Shown here: positions 1 to 13,460 of the stretch, in pieces | Layout: the number at the start of each line of letters is the position of its first letter | How positions within the stretch are numbered: the first letter of the stretch is position 1 | DNA from: the human T2T-CHM13v2.0 reference genome, Homo sapiens | Strand: one strand, 5' to 3' | NCBI RefSeq assembly: GCF_009914755.1 | Contig: NC_060927.1 | DNA: 64,000 nucleotides | Notes under the pieces: model-generated | Database searches by the model: none | What the model was told of the DNA's origin: nothing | Seen by the model: the letters and a program-made list of their open reading frames with translations, nothing else | Made by a program: the position numbers and the translations under genes

Positions 1-85
1 AACCGGGGAAAAATAGTTTCTATGACTGCACCTATATGGCTCAACAGTTTCACAATGCAAAACAATAACATAGAAAGAAGGTGAA

Positions 86-454
<369 letters not shown>

Positions 455-617
455 TCAGTTTTTTTTTATTTCTAACCCTTGAATTTTTAGTTATAAGTAA
501 GATAAGGTATTTCTTTCATTTAAGCTAGTCTGACTTGAATTTTTAAAACTGACATACATGAGTTCTCACTAATGGACATTTCTTTTATCAATATTATTAA
601 AAAAAAATTTTTTTTAC

Positions 618-880
618 AGGCTGGGCACAGTAGCTCATGCTTGTAATCCCAGCATTTTTTGGAGGCCTAGGTGGGAGGATCGCTTGAGTCCAGGAATTCA
701 AGACCAGCCTAAGCAACATAGTGAAACTCTGTCTCCACACAAAATTTTAAAAAATAATTAGCCGGGTATGGTGGTGCCCACCTGTAGTGCCAGCTACGTT
801 GGAGGTTGAGGTGGGAGGATCACTTGAAACCAGGAGGTAGAGGTTGCTGTGAGCTGAGATCACACCACTGCATTCCAGGC
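618..880 (+). mobile_element. AluJ-like element lacking its 3' end and tail
   Basis: Starts ggctgggcacagtagctcatgc and stops abruptly after ccactgcattccag. Confidence 0.85.
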
Positions 881-1519
881 ATTGTATTAACAAAAGGCAA
901 AATATTCTTCTTAAATTTGAGGTTGTATGTAGGCTATTGTAGCTTAAATCATATAGCTGATGACTGATTTACCCTTTTACTCTGCATGCAGCTTCTCCTG
1001 CTGGAGTATCCTTCATGTGAGAAGAGAAGATTGGGATTTAATGAGAATATCACCTCAGAAAAATTGTATTTAGTGAAAGTAACATCACTCTGTATCTAAT
1101 GAACAAAGCAGGGAGAGCCATTTACCTGGCTTTTCAAGACATTGTAAGCCCAGAAAAATTAGGAGTAGGCAAAGAAATCATGACTCCATGTGAATGTTAG
1201 CTAGGAGGCAAAGGAATATTAATGTCATAGATGACATTCCTCTGAAGGCACAGGGATAGATGAACACACTGAGAGCACTGGACAAGCCTTTGTGATTGAC
1301 GTGGAGCAGAGCCACCATCAAGTCTCAAATCACAAAAGCCTGATGTACAAAGACACCTGGGCATTCTGGTGACCCAGGGCTCCCTGCCACAAGAATTGCT
1401 GTTGGATCTCTTAGAATCAATAACTGGCACTGAGAAAATTGGCATTGCATCTCCTGCAGTTTCAGTCTGTTCTTTGAGAATATTATGATGAATAGAGCTC
1501 ATGTGGATGAATCTATTAG

Positions 1520-1861
<342 letters not shown>

Positions 1862-1929
1862 TCCAAGAAAAATTCTTATGCATGAGGCATTGCTTTTATC
1901 TACTTCATCTTCTACGCCAAAGTGAGATG

Positions 1930-2463
1930 TGCAAAATAAAAATGTCACCATAATACCTCTTAGCTTAAAAGTCATCATTAGCTCTCATCTTTTATAGGGT
2001 CAGCTCTGGGCGCTTAGCATGACACAAGATGCATTTCCTATCCTAGTCCTTAAATGCCACTAGAGGCCTTTGTTTTACATTAGTCCCCTTGCCCAAGAAT
2101 ACACAATGGCTCGTAATGTGCTGTATTACACCTTTGACATTGCTTATCCTGTGCCCTGCCTCAGATGTCCTGTACACCATTATTCCCTGGACAATGCCTG
2201 CTCATCCTGCAGAACTCCATCTGAAGTCTTATTTTCTTGCAAAAAAAATAAAAATAAATAAAAAGCCTTCTCCAGACCTTCACGTTCTCATCAAGTTCTC
2301 TTTTTCCCTATCTCTATGGCACCCCTATGCACTTATGGAAATCATGTGGCCCTGTATTTGTTGCATATTCATTATACTTGACCCATTTCGGGGTAAAGAC
2401 ATTGTCTTATTTACCTTCCAGGCCCAGAGAAGCATTCAATATGTATTTGTACAATGAATGAAC
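1930..2463 (+). mobile_element. Degenerate L2 3' fragment
   Basis: Ends in an L2-type tail (caatatgtatttg...tgaatgaa); boundaries approximate. Confidence 0.5.
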
Positions 2464-2614
2464 AACGGTTACTAATAGGCTGTTCAATGCTATTCTCCTC
2501 CTGCTTGGACTTCCTTGTGTGCCAGCTAAGTTATTAGGATGTTAATCTAAGTTTTATTTTTCCCATATTATATCTTCCTTTTTCCATGCAAACAGCTAGA
2601 CCTTTGTACTCACT

Positions 2615-3090
2615 TGTAGTAGTTTCCTAGGACTACTGTAACAAATTACCACAAAGTACATGGCTTAAAACAAAAAACAACACAACTTTATTTTCTCACA
2701 GTTCCAGAGGCTAGAACTCTTGAATTAAGGTGTTGACAGAGCCACGCTTCCCCTGAAGGCTCTAGGGAAGAATCTGCCCTGACTCTTCATGGCTTCCAGA
2801 GATTGCCAACAAGCTCTGATGTTCCTTGGATTATAGTTTCATCATTCTGATTTCTTTCCCTGTTTTCACATGAACATTTCCCGTCTGTGTCTAAGCTATG
2901 CCTCTAACTCTCTCCTTCTCTTTATAAAGACACCAGTTATTGGATTTAGGGCTCACCCTAATCCAGTATAACCTCATTATAGCTGGATTACTTCTGCAAA
3001 TAGCTTATTTCCAAATAAGGTCCTCTTTACAGGCACCAAAGGTTAGGACTTCAACATATCTTTTTGAGGGACACAATTCAACCCATAACA
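2615..3090 (-). mobile_element. MLT1C-like MaLR solo LTR
   Basis: gtaacaaattaccacaaa...ggcttaaaacaa at one end and gggacacaattcaacccataaca at the other, matching the MLT1 LTR reverse complement. Confidence 0.8.
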
Positions 3091-6000
3091 TGTATCTGTG
3101 GTGAAGACTATATTATAGGGTCGGAGGCAGATGTTGCCTATAGACAGCTTGTTTTCCTGGATTCCTGCAGAAGTTAGTGTGGTGATTGTGCTTCTTGTTG
3201 AAACTATGAGGGGGGATTAGCAAACAGAAAAGAGGGACTAAGGCAGGGAGGGAGTGGGCGGGGAAGAGGCAGAGAGAGAGAGAGAACCCTGCAGGAGCCA
3301 AAAACCATACTTTAGCAATTTTCAGGGAAATGAGAAGATCTGAGGAAAAAAATGAACTCAGAAAACTCCCACTACCAGCCTTGTGCCTTTCATAGGGCAA
3401 ATGGTCTCAACAATTAAGATACTGACCAACCACCACCACGATTGTCTAAAGAAGGCATTTTCCCCATTTTCCAACACTCCCATGGGCTTAGATTGGCACT
3501 TGCAGGGGCTTTGCTTTGGAAGTCCTGGCTAAAGAGATTGCTGATCCTAGTATCCATGTCCAAATACCTTTGACTTTTTTTCACAAAATGAAAGCCTTCC
3601 CAATGCTGATGGAGTTGATTCATTGCCTATCAGAGCACAAACTGTAAATAAATATTGCTAAAAATGCCCAGAACCTTTTTATTAAATGTTGGTGCCTCAA
3701 TATTGATTTTGCAGGAGACCAAAATTTAATACGGAGACCAGCAATTTTAAGTAGTCCATGCTGGGTAGCTGATGTGCTCTGCTCTAACTAGTAGGCACTG
3801 GCTGGAGTCTGGGACCTGTCCTCATCCTCAGTCAGAGCAGACCGAATACACTGATCTCCTCCCAGAATCTGGAGAGGTCAACCTGTTCTTCAAAGCAGTG
3901 GTGGATTGGGGTTGGGGTAGGGGACAAAACAGATACAGCACCAAACATGAAAAGCATTGATTTATCTCCCTCTGCTAATGCATGTGAAGTGTTGATCCTG
4001 GGGTTGAAAGTCGGCAGAGGGCATTCTGATATGGCCTTCTTAGAACTTTCTTTGTGTCCTGCTATGACATAAAGTTCTCGAGCCTCCGCTCTTGCAAGGC
4101 TTTCTTTCAGTATGCTTTGGATTTTCTGTTTTTTCCTTTAAGACTTATGTAATGAATTTCTTTCTCCTTCTCACTTAGATTGTATATTTCCTGCCTTAAC
4201 CTCTTGTGAAAGGAGGTAAAACTTTGAAAGTAAAAATACTGGGCAGAGTGAACAAATGGCAAAAAGGTGAGGAGTTTTGCAGTAAACAGGTGGACAGTTT
4301 AGCACAAGATGGTGGATATGGAAAGTGACAGAAGGTTCCAAGATGATGAAACATCAAACCAAATGTTTTCTTTAAAAAGAAGTTTTTCATGCCAAAAGAT
4401 ACTTTAATAATGAAAATGACAGCGGTATAGAGCTGTTATCTCATGTTTTCCAAGGTGTACTCCTTTGCAAAATAGTTCTAAAATATTCTCAAGCAATAAC
4501 AGAATTCAGTGGTCCAAGATCTTTGTGAAACCTGCAGGCCACCCGTCTGACTTAGACAGCCACAATGCCCACCAGTGTATGAGAAGTTCTAAGAAACTCT
4601 GCAGAAAGGACACACGTTTAATTGAGTGGGTCTAAATTTGTTTGATGACACAATCCTTTTCTGGGTAACACCTATGGACACCCGTACAACTGATGCTCCA
4701 AGGAATGTACTTTGGGATATGGTCTTGAGGTAGACATAAATTTACAGAAACAAGGCAAAACAAAACAAAATAAAATGGCAGCTATTATTAGAAACAGGCA
4801 AAGGGGTCTGAATTGACAAGCCCTTCAATGGTCTTGTATTATGCACTTCACTTGGGAAATATAAATTAGGAGGTCCTGGAACTTCCTAAGAAATTTCTTC
4901 CCGGTCTTAATCTGTTCCCTAGTGTGTGACTTGGATGAACAAGATTTGATAAAGCAGGTAGAATCATAATGTTTTATTTGTAGGTGTAAAGGAAAAAAAA
5001 AGATGGTTGTACAACAATGTGAATACACTTAACTGAACTGTATCATTAAAAATTTTATACGATGTATATTTTACCACAATGTTTTAAAATGAGAAAAAAG
5101 ATACATGAAGAAAAGTGGTCTTGTTAGCAGTCTCCCCAAAGTATTCTTATGATGGCATGGCCTCCCTATGTAAGTAAAGAAGTAGCCTTCCAAACTGCAA
5201 TAATAAATGACCTGAGTTATCAAAACAGGAAACCTAGTGCTTTTGCTGTAATGAATACCATAGAACACACATGGTTTTGTAAACTATCTTTGTCTTCATT
5301 GGTTTTATGTAATGCAGCCTAACTCTTTACCTTGTTTTTATTTCCTTGAAATAATTATTTTATTTTTAGTGTAAAAGAATAATAAATAACTTATCTTTGG
5401 TGTGTCAGCACTTTAACAAAGAGATTGCCTTTCATAGGGGAGACATTTTCCATTTTGTCATAGCTACAGTTGCGCTGAATTAAAATATACATTTTCCTAG
5501 TTGTTTTCATTTGCTTTTCCAGATAAAATTTTATAGGTAGAGATTTTGATAAGTTGTGGAGAATTTTTCTTATTTGCTACAATTTCATCTTCAGGTGTGT
5601 TCAAAATAAGATTGCATTTAAAAATACTTGATTATAATTAGGCAGTTGAATACGTATAGGGATTCTAAGCTTACTGGAATCTAATGCATGTGGATGGCAT
5701 GTTTAAAGCCTTCTTAAGTGACCTCTGACATCTGATTTCAGCAATGCAAAAAGAAGGTTATAATATATTAGTAATATGACAGAAAAGCTATATAGGTCTC
5801 CAAAATGAAACTTCAAAATATTTAATCATTGAAATATTTTTGAATTAAAGTGTAATTTACCTTAGTATAATAGAGATATTACAAAAAATCATTGTACAAC
5901 TTGAGTGTAAAAGAGTTCATATAAATTAGTTACATATGTCTTTGAAAAATTTTTTAGTTTATAAATCCAATCATAATTAGCAGCTAATAGAATAACAGTC

Positions 6001-6449
6001 AAATAATTAAAGAAGATTTTTTTTGTTTTCTTAGAAGTATTGCTATAGCATATTAATTTCAATCTTGAATCAAAATTTAGATTTTTTGTCAAATTCCAAC
6101 ATTCTTCACCAAAGAATTTTTTTTTTCTGCAGTGAATAAATTCCATGTGCTATGACTTCATTGTTGGATGCTGGTATGTCTTAACTATAATCAGAGTAAA
6201 CATGTTTTTCTCTGTTTCAGCCATAGCAATATGGAGCAAGAGTCTGGAGACTTGGGCTAGACGACCAGTTATGGTTAGGAAACCTGTAGCCTATTACTTA
6301 GTATAAATTCCTATCCCCTTAAACAATTGTTATGAGGCTTAAATGAAAAAAAAAATGTGATCATACTAGTAGGTAGTTTAACACTTAATGTTCTTGGCAA
6401 ATAAATGCTTTCAGATAGCATTAACCATGGTTATTTATCATTATTATTT

Positions 6450-7020
6450 ATTCATTAATTATTTCAGAAACTATTGACTATATAGCTTGTTGTAGCTGTT
6501 TGGGATACAGCAGCAATCAAGAATGACAGAGGTTTCTGCTTTCACTGAATTTGTAATTATAATGGGAAAATAACAAATAAATGTAATTATTGAGTAAACA
6601 ACGTATGTTAAAAAGTGGTAAGTGCTGCAGAAAAAAATGAAGGAAAACAAGGGAAAAGGAATTGAAGTGTCAGGTGGCAGCTGGTTGGAAAATTAAATAG
6701 AGTGCTTTTCATAGGACTCGTTGATAAGATGAGATTTGAGTGAAGACTTGTAGGAGGAAGGTGGGAAGAACTTTCAGGAAGAGATAATAGGAAAAGGAAA
6801 CCGTAAAGAACAAGCTGATGTGGGCTTTTGAGTATGATAGGCAGGCCATTGTGACTGGACTGAAGAGACTGAGGGATACAGAAGATGGAGATAAGGTCAG
6901 GGAAAGGTTGATGGTGGGCATGGAGTCAGACCTTGGAGTTCCTTCCAAGTAAGGATTTGGGCAATTACTTTGAGTAAATAATGAGACACGGTAGAATTTT
7001 GAAAAAAGAAATGACACTTG
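6450..7020 (-). mobile_element. Degenerate L2 fragment
   Basis: Purine-rich L2-like sequence starting at a ttcatt tail; boundaries approximate. Confidence 0.5.
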
Positions 7021-7684
7021 GCTGCTTGGATAATTATCTTTGCTAGAACAATAAATACTATCTATGGCCCAATGTCTTGTCTTGTCAATTAATATTTATT
7101 GAGCACATTTTCAGGCACTGTGAATTGAAGAATTGACAATTGTTTGATAAAATATATAATATTAACTCAATTACTTAAAATGACAAAAACAAAAACAATA
7201 ACAAAAATACCCAACTAAAAATTCTCAATTTTTTTTTCTGAATCATCCAAATAAGTGTCACCATATAAATTAAAAAGGACTCTGCAAATAATTTGCATCA
7301 TTCCCTTTGATTATATCCCACTCCTATGTATTAAATAAAGTTGGTATTTTTTCAATCCTGTATTAGTCTTAAAAATAAAGTTTGATATCAGCAAGTTTGT
7401 TGCCATCAAGTTTAACAGATTTTTTTTTTCTACTTAGATAGAGTCTAAGAACAATTTTAACCCTCAAAATAAAAAGTAATAAAATATTCACTTCATGCTA
7501 AACTTGCTGTAGTGCTGAGCTTCTAATTAGGCTATAATTTCTAGTAAATATTTTTAAATGTAAATTCAACTAGGCTCTAATTTTTTTCATGTTTCATCTC
7601 ATCTCAGAAGTGTGATTGAGCTGAAAGGATATGGGATCTTGAACAAGTTTCATAATTTCTCTGAGCCATTCCTCATTAAAAAAA

Positions 7685-8005
7685 TTTATTTTAGGTTGGA
7701 GGTACATGTGAAGATTTGTTACATAGATAAACAAGTGTCACGGGGGTTTGTTGTACATATTATTTCATTACCCAGGTATTAAGCCCAGTACCCAATAGTT
7801 ATCTTTTTTGCTCCTCTCCCTCTTCACACCCTCCTGCCTCAAGTAGACACCGGTGTCTGTTATTTCCTTCTTTGTGTTCATAAATTCTCATCATTTAGCT
7901 CTCACTTATAAGTGAGAACACATGGTATTTGGTTTTCTGTTCCTGCGTTTGTTTGCTAAGTACAATAGCCTCCAGCTCCATCCATGTTCCTGCAAAAGAC
8001 ATGAT
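7685..8005 (-). mobile_element. Older L1PA (about PA13-16) 3' UTR fragment, inserted within a MIR
   Basis: ggtacatgtg...atttgttacatag...tatttcattacccaggtattaagc...gtgagaacacatggtatttgg; MIR-like halves lie on both sides. Confidence 0.75.
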
Positions 8006-8701
8006 GATCTCAAAGAAACAGAAAATCAATACTAATTTTACAAGAATTAATTCAGATAAAGTTTGTAAATGCTTTAGCCCTATACTATCATATATTAGAT
8101 TGCTAATAAATGTTTATTGAATAGCTTGAAGCTGAATTATTTATTTTAGCTAAATGAAAGAGTTTTTCTTTAACCTGGTGTAAGTGAATCCTCTGTCTTT
8201 GCTTCATCTTTCAGCATGTCTGCCATTAGATCCTGCCCTTTTAATTTAAACGTTTTCAGAATCCATCGTCTGGATTATTTCATAAACATTTTAATTAACT
8301 GGCCTTCACCCTGGGTCATTCTTTAAAACTGTGTTCTTCTGTTCCTTTATGGCTCAAAATGGTTACCTATATCCAGCATGGCAAAAGGGATTAACATTAT
8401 GAGTCCATTTTGATAGTTTATATCAACAATTAAGTAGTCTTAGGTTCTACCTGGCTTCAGGGAGATGGAGAGCTTTGATCAAACTGTGGTATCCGCTATG
8501 GAATGCAAGTTGAGGCTCTTATTCCAAATATTTGGTGACCTTCACCTCTCAAGTTTAAACTATTCAGCCTATATTTGAAGACTTTTAATAATTGTTTACT
8601 ATGCTCCCTATCCAAACTCACATCCCTTTTTCCTCCAAGTAAATCCATTATCTTGTCTTTTGAATACATATTAGATTCATAAACATCTCCCTAATGATAC
8701 T

Positions 8702-10876
8702 TGATATGGTTTGGCACTGTGTCCCCACCCAAATCTCATCTCAAATTGCATCTGTAATCTAAACGTGTCAAAGGAGGGAGGTAATTGGATCATGGAAGTT
8801 TCCCTCATGCTGTTCTTGTGATGGTGAGTTCTCATGAGATCTGATCGTTTTATAAGTGTTTGGAAGTTCCTCCTTCATTTCTCTCTCTCCTACTGCCTTG
8901 TGAAGAAAGTGTTTCTTTCCCTTTTGCTTTCCCTCAGATTGTAAGTTTCCTGAGCGCCCCCCCTGCCCCCACCAAGCCACGTGGAACAGCGAGTCAATTG
9001 AAATGTTTTGCTTTATAAATTACCCAGTCTTGGGTATTTTTTTATAGCAGCTTGAGAATGGACTAATAAAGTAAATTGTTACAAGGAGTTGGGTACTGAT
9101 ACAAAGATAACCTGAAAATGTGGAAGCAATTTTGGAACTGGGTAACAGGCAGAAGTTGGAACAATTTGGAGTGCCTAGAAGAAGAGAGGACAATGTAGGA
9201 ATGTTTGGAACTTCTTAGAGACTTGTTGAATGGTTTTGACCCAAATGCTGGTAATGATGTGGAAAATGAAGTCCAGGCTGAGGTAGTCTCAGATGAAGAT
9301 GAGGAACTTCTTGGGAACTGGAGCCAAGGTTACTCTTGCTACACTTTAGCAAAGAGACTGACAGCATTTTGCCCCTGTCTTAGAGATCTTTGGAACTTTG
9401 AACTTGAGAGAGATAATCTGAAAATGCAACTTAGGTTTAAAAGGGAAGCACAGCATGAAAGTTTGGAAAATTTGCAGCCTGACGACGTGACAGAAAAGAA
9501 AAACCCATTTTCTGGGGAGAAATTCAAGCCAGCTGCAGAAATTTGCATAAGTAATGAGGAGCCTAAAATAACTCACCAAAACAATGGGGAAAATATCTCC
9601 AGGGCATGTTAGAGATCTTGGAGGCCTAGGAGGAAAAAAATGGTTTCATGGGCTGGGCCCAGCGCCTTGCTGCTTTGTGCAGTCTTGGGACTTGGTGCAC
9701 TGCATACAGGTGTGGCTAAAATGGTCCAAGATACAGCTTGGGCCATTGTTTCCATCATGTGGAAGGCTTGGCAGCTTCCACGTAATGTCAGAAGGGAAGA
9801 ATTGAGGTTTCAGAACCACTGCCTAGATTTTAGAGGATGTATGGAAATGCCTGGACATACAGGTAGATGTCTGCTACAGAGGCAGAGCCCTCATGGAGAA
9901 CCTCTGCTAGGACAGCATGGGAAGGAAATGTGGAGTTGGAGCCCCCACACAGAGTCCCCACTGGGGTTCTAGTGGAGCTGTGGGTAGCAGGCCACCATCC
10001 TCCAGATCCCAGAATGGTAGATCCACTGACTCCTTGTACTGTGCACGTGGAAAATCCACAGACACTCAATGGCAGCCTGTGAAGGAGCTGCCCAAGGGCA
10101 TGGGAGCCTACCCCTTGCATCAGCATGCCCCAAATGTGAGACATGGAGTCAAAGGAGTTCATTTTGCAACTTGAAGATTTAATGAAATGCCCTTTGGGAT
10201 TTCAGACTTGCATGGGGCCTGTAACCCCTTTGTTTTGCCCAGTTTCTCCCATTTGGATGAGTGTATTCATCCAATGCCTGTGCCCCCATTGTATCTTGGG
10301 AGGAACTAACTTGTTTTTTATTTTACTGGCTCATAAGTGAAAGGGACTTGCCTTGTCGCAGGTGAGACTTTAGAATTGGACTTTTGAGTTAATGTTGGAA
10401 TCAGTTAAGAGTTTGGGGGACTGTTGGGAAGGAATGGTTTGTTTTAAAATGTGAAAAAAACCAGGAGATTTGGGAGGGACCAGGGGCAGAATGATATGAT
10501 TTGGCTCTGTGTTCCCACCCAAATCTAATCTCAAATTGTAATTCCCGTATGTCAAGGGAGGGGTCTGTAATCCCCATGTGTTGAGGGAGGGAGATGATTG
10601 GATCATGGGGGCAGTTTCCCCCATGCTGTTCTCATGAGAGTGAGTGAGTTCTGATGAGATCTGATGGTTTTATAAGTGTTTGGAACTTCCTCCTTCCTTT
10701 CTCTATCTCCTGCTGCATTGTGAAGGTGTTTGCTTCCCCTTTGCATTCCACCATAATTATAAGTTTCCTGAGGTCTCCTCAGCCATGTGGAACTGTGAGT
10801 CAATTAAACCTCTTTCCTTTATAAATTATCCAGTCTTGAGTATTTCTTTATAGTGGTGTGAAAATGGACTAAAACA
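8702..10876 (+). mobile_element. Two-LTR THE1D-type MaLR element (5' LTR 8702-9070, internal 9071-10491, 3' LTR 10492-10876)
   Basis: Two related LTRs both start tgatatg(g/a)tttggc. The internal sequence is THE1-int-like, with a purine-rich PPT before the 3' LTR. Flanks ATACT/ATAAT fit a 5-bp TSD with one mismatch. Confidence 0.88.
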
Positions 10877-12196
10877 ATAATGCATATCTTTCTTGGCTGT
10901 TGTGAAATATTTCTGTTGTCTTTTCCATCAATTCAACCTCAGCCTTGAAGATTCAACTAAAACCTACCTTTCTTAAGGGACTTCTTGTCACTGCTATGGC
11001 TTGCCTTTGTCTCTCCCTTCTCTGAACTATTATGATAATTACTGTGTGTTGCACATTGGAGGAACTCATGACTTATCATTTATCATGCCATCTAGTTGTA
11101 ATGCACAGGGCAATGCAGAGCATTGTAGTTCTTGAGCCCAGCCCAGGGAAACTGGCAGAGATTAGGATGTGGATATAAATATTTGCGAATGGTGATCAAT
11201 AAATAGCTGCTAACCATTTTCACTGTAATTCAGTCAGAAAATGTGTACTCTAACAATATAGGAAAAGTACCTTAAAAATATATCCAGACTATTCATTTGC
11301 AAAATACGTAGCACAGAAAAAGAATGTGAGAAGTAAAAAAAAAAAATTTGAGAACTAACACTATGAGTCAGAGCTTTGAGATCTGAAGATTTCAGCCTTT
11401 TTTTAATGCAGATATCTCAGAAACTTCAGCAGAGAAAATAGGAACATTGAGTGACATGGTATGGATGGATGCATCTTTTGTTTTAACTTGTCTGTTTTGC
11501 TTTATTCAATAATATATTTTTTCCTCCTCCTTTTCACATCATTGACTTTTGGTTTAATGGTTTTCAAAGTGTGTGATGGGGCTTTAGACGTGGATATAGA
11601 CAGACAAAAAGTTTCTTTGTCTTTCTATCCCGTGACTATATTTTACACAAGGTCAATAACAGGCTTCAGTGTTTTTACAATTACCAAGAGGATGGGATTT
11701 GTTATTGTGTGCAGATAAATGTGCTGATGCCTCCATTATTTATGGGATGAGATAAAAGTCATGAAGCCATCTGAGACAAAAGGCACGTATATGTTTTATA
11801 TCTATGTTTTTGATGTGTTCTCTCATAGACATTGTACCTTCTATAGCCCAGTGACTACCTAATGTAAATTTCAGGTGGAGTAAAACTGTCAACATTTAGT
11901 ATTTTTTATGACTTACATTTATGCAGCTAGGGGACAAACATCTCACTTTAGAAAACTGTGTGTAGTAGGTAGAGTGAAATTGGTTTTTAATTTTATTTTC
12001 TTAAAGTATCTAGTGTTTATGTTAGAGAAAAAGAATACCCCCAAGCTTAGGGGTGATTTCTAAATTTAAGGGCCTTTATGTGAAAGAAAAAAATGTTCCC
12101 AATGATTAAAATGCTTTAGAAATATTTTAACGTATAAAATCTGATTTCATAAATTTAGAAAATAAAAATATCTGTCTTTATTTTAAAGTAAATAGA

Positions 12197-12347
12197 GGCC
12201 AGGTGCAATCCCTTACACCTGTAATCTCAGCATTTTGGGAGGCTGAGGCAGGAGGATCGCCTAAGCCTGGGAGATGAGGCTACAGTGAGCTGTGACAGCC
12301 CCACTGCACTCCAGCGTGGACAACAGAGAGAGACGCTGTCTCAAAAG

Positions 12348-12382
<35 letters not shown>

Positions 12383-12383
12383 A
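12197..12383 (+). mobile_element. Free Alu monomer (FRAM-like) with (TAAA)n tail
   Basis: Single arm ending gtctcaaaa, followed by TAAA repeats. Confidence 0.75.
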
Positions 12384-12529
12384 GCAAATGGAATATGTTG
12401 TCAGCTAACGACAAGGGTAATATTCTTGATCAATTCTCAGCAGAATCTTATTCTACTATTTGTTATTGTTTTTCTTGTGGTAAATTAGGGTTTAAGTGTG
12501 GCCATGAAGCAGAGAAAGGTCATCTAGTT

Positions 12530-13460
12530 ACAAATAACAAAATATATCTAATTCACAGCTAATGTTGGCAAGGTTATGTGGGTCAAGGCACTGTCAGGAA
12601 CTACTGATGATGTTATAAAATGTTGTAATTTTCTGGAGAGAAATTTCATAATATATTCCAAAAAGCTTTAAAATATTTATACTGTTTGAATAATTCAACA
12701 TCTAGAAATGTATCCTAAAGCAATGACTTATATTTAGTGGTAAAATTAGGAAGCATTCTCTTTGAATTCAGGAAGAAAATATGCCCATTAAAACAGCTTG
12801 GAGTAGGGGAGGTATAGAGAGATTGGTTAATTGATACAAAATACAGTTAGATCTAAGGAATAAGCAAGGTGACTATAATTAACAATAATATGTTGTATAT
12901 TTCAAAATCGCTAGAAGAGAAGATTTGAAATGTACCCAACACAAAGAAATGGTGAATGTTTGAGCTTATAGATATCCTAAATACCCTGATTTGATCATTA
13001 TGCATTGTATGTTTATCAAAATAGCACATGTGCCCCATAAAGATGTACAATTTAACTTAAAACAGTATCATCAACATGTTACTAAATTTCCCAGACAATG
13101 CAATAAGATATGAAACATAAATGGAAAGTAGATATATTAGAAAGAAAGATGCAAAATTTTAATTACAGCTGATAGGATTGTCTCCATAAAAATTCAAGAA
13201 ACTCTACAGCTAAACTATTACAGCTAATTAGATTTTAGCAATGTAGGTGAATGTATGAGATCCATACTAAAAAAAAAGTCAGAGTCTCTGCATAGCAGCA
13301 ATTAGAAAATATAATTAAGAAATAAGTAGAGACAACCATCAGAATTATATATTAGTATCTAATTACAGCAATGTTTAGATTTAAAATAATCAAGAGAATC
13401 CTAAATGTAAAACACTAGGAAAATAGTGACATAAATTATGATATATTTCTACAATGGAAT
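12530..13460 (+). mobile_element. Old L1M fragments, including an L1MA 3' end at about 12800-13050
   Basis: caaaatacagttaga...aacacaaagaaatg...ccctgatttgatcattatgcattgtat motif. Confidence 0.6.

Noticed and set aside
8780-8795. DUX4-like site in the THE1D LTRs
   Set aside because: TAATTGGATCA (5' LTR) and TGATTGGATCA (3' LTR) deviate from the TAA..AATCA core, which is too weak to call.
9205-9612. 135-aa ORF and overlapping ORFs up to 10340
   Set aside because: These lie in the THE1 internal region and are fragments of the decayed MaLR frame.
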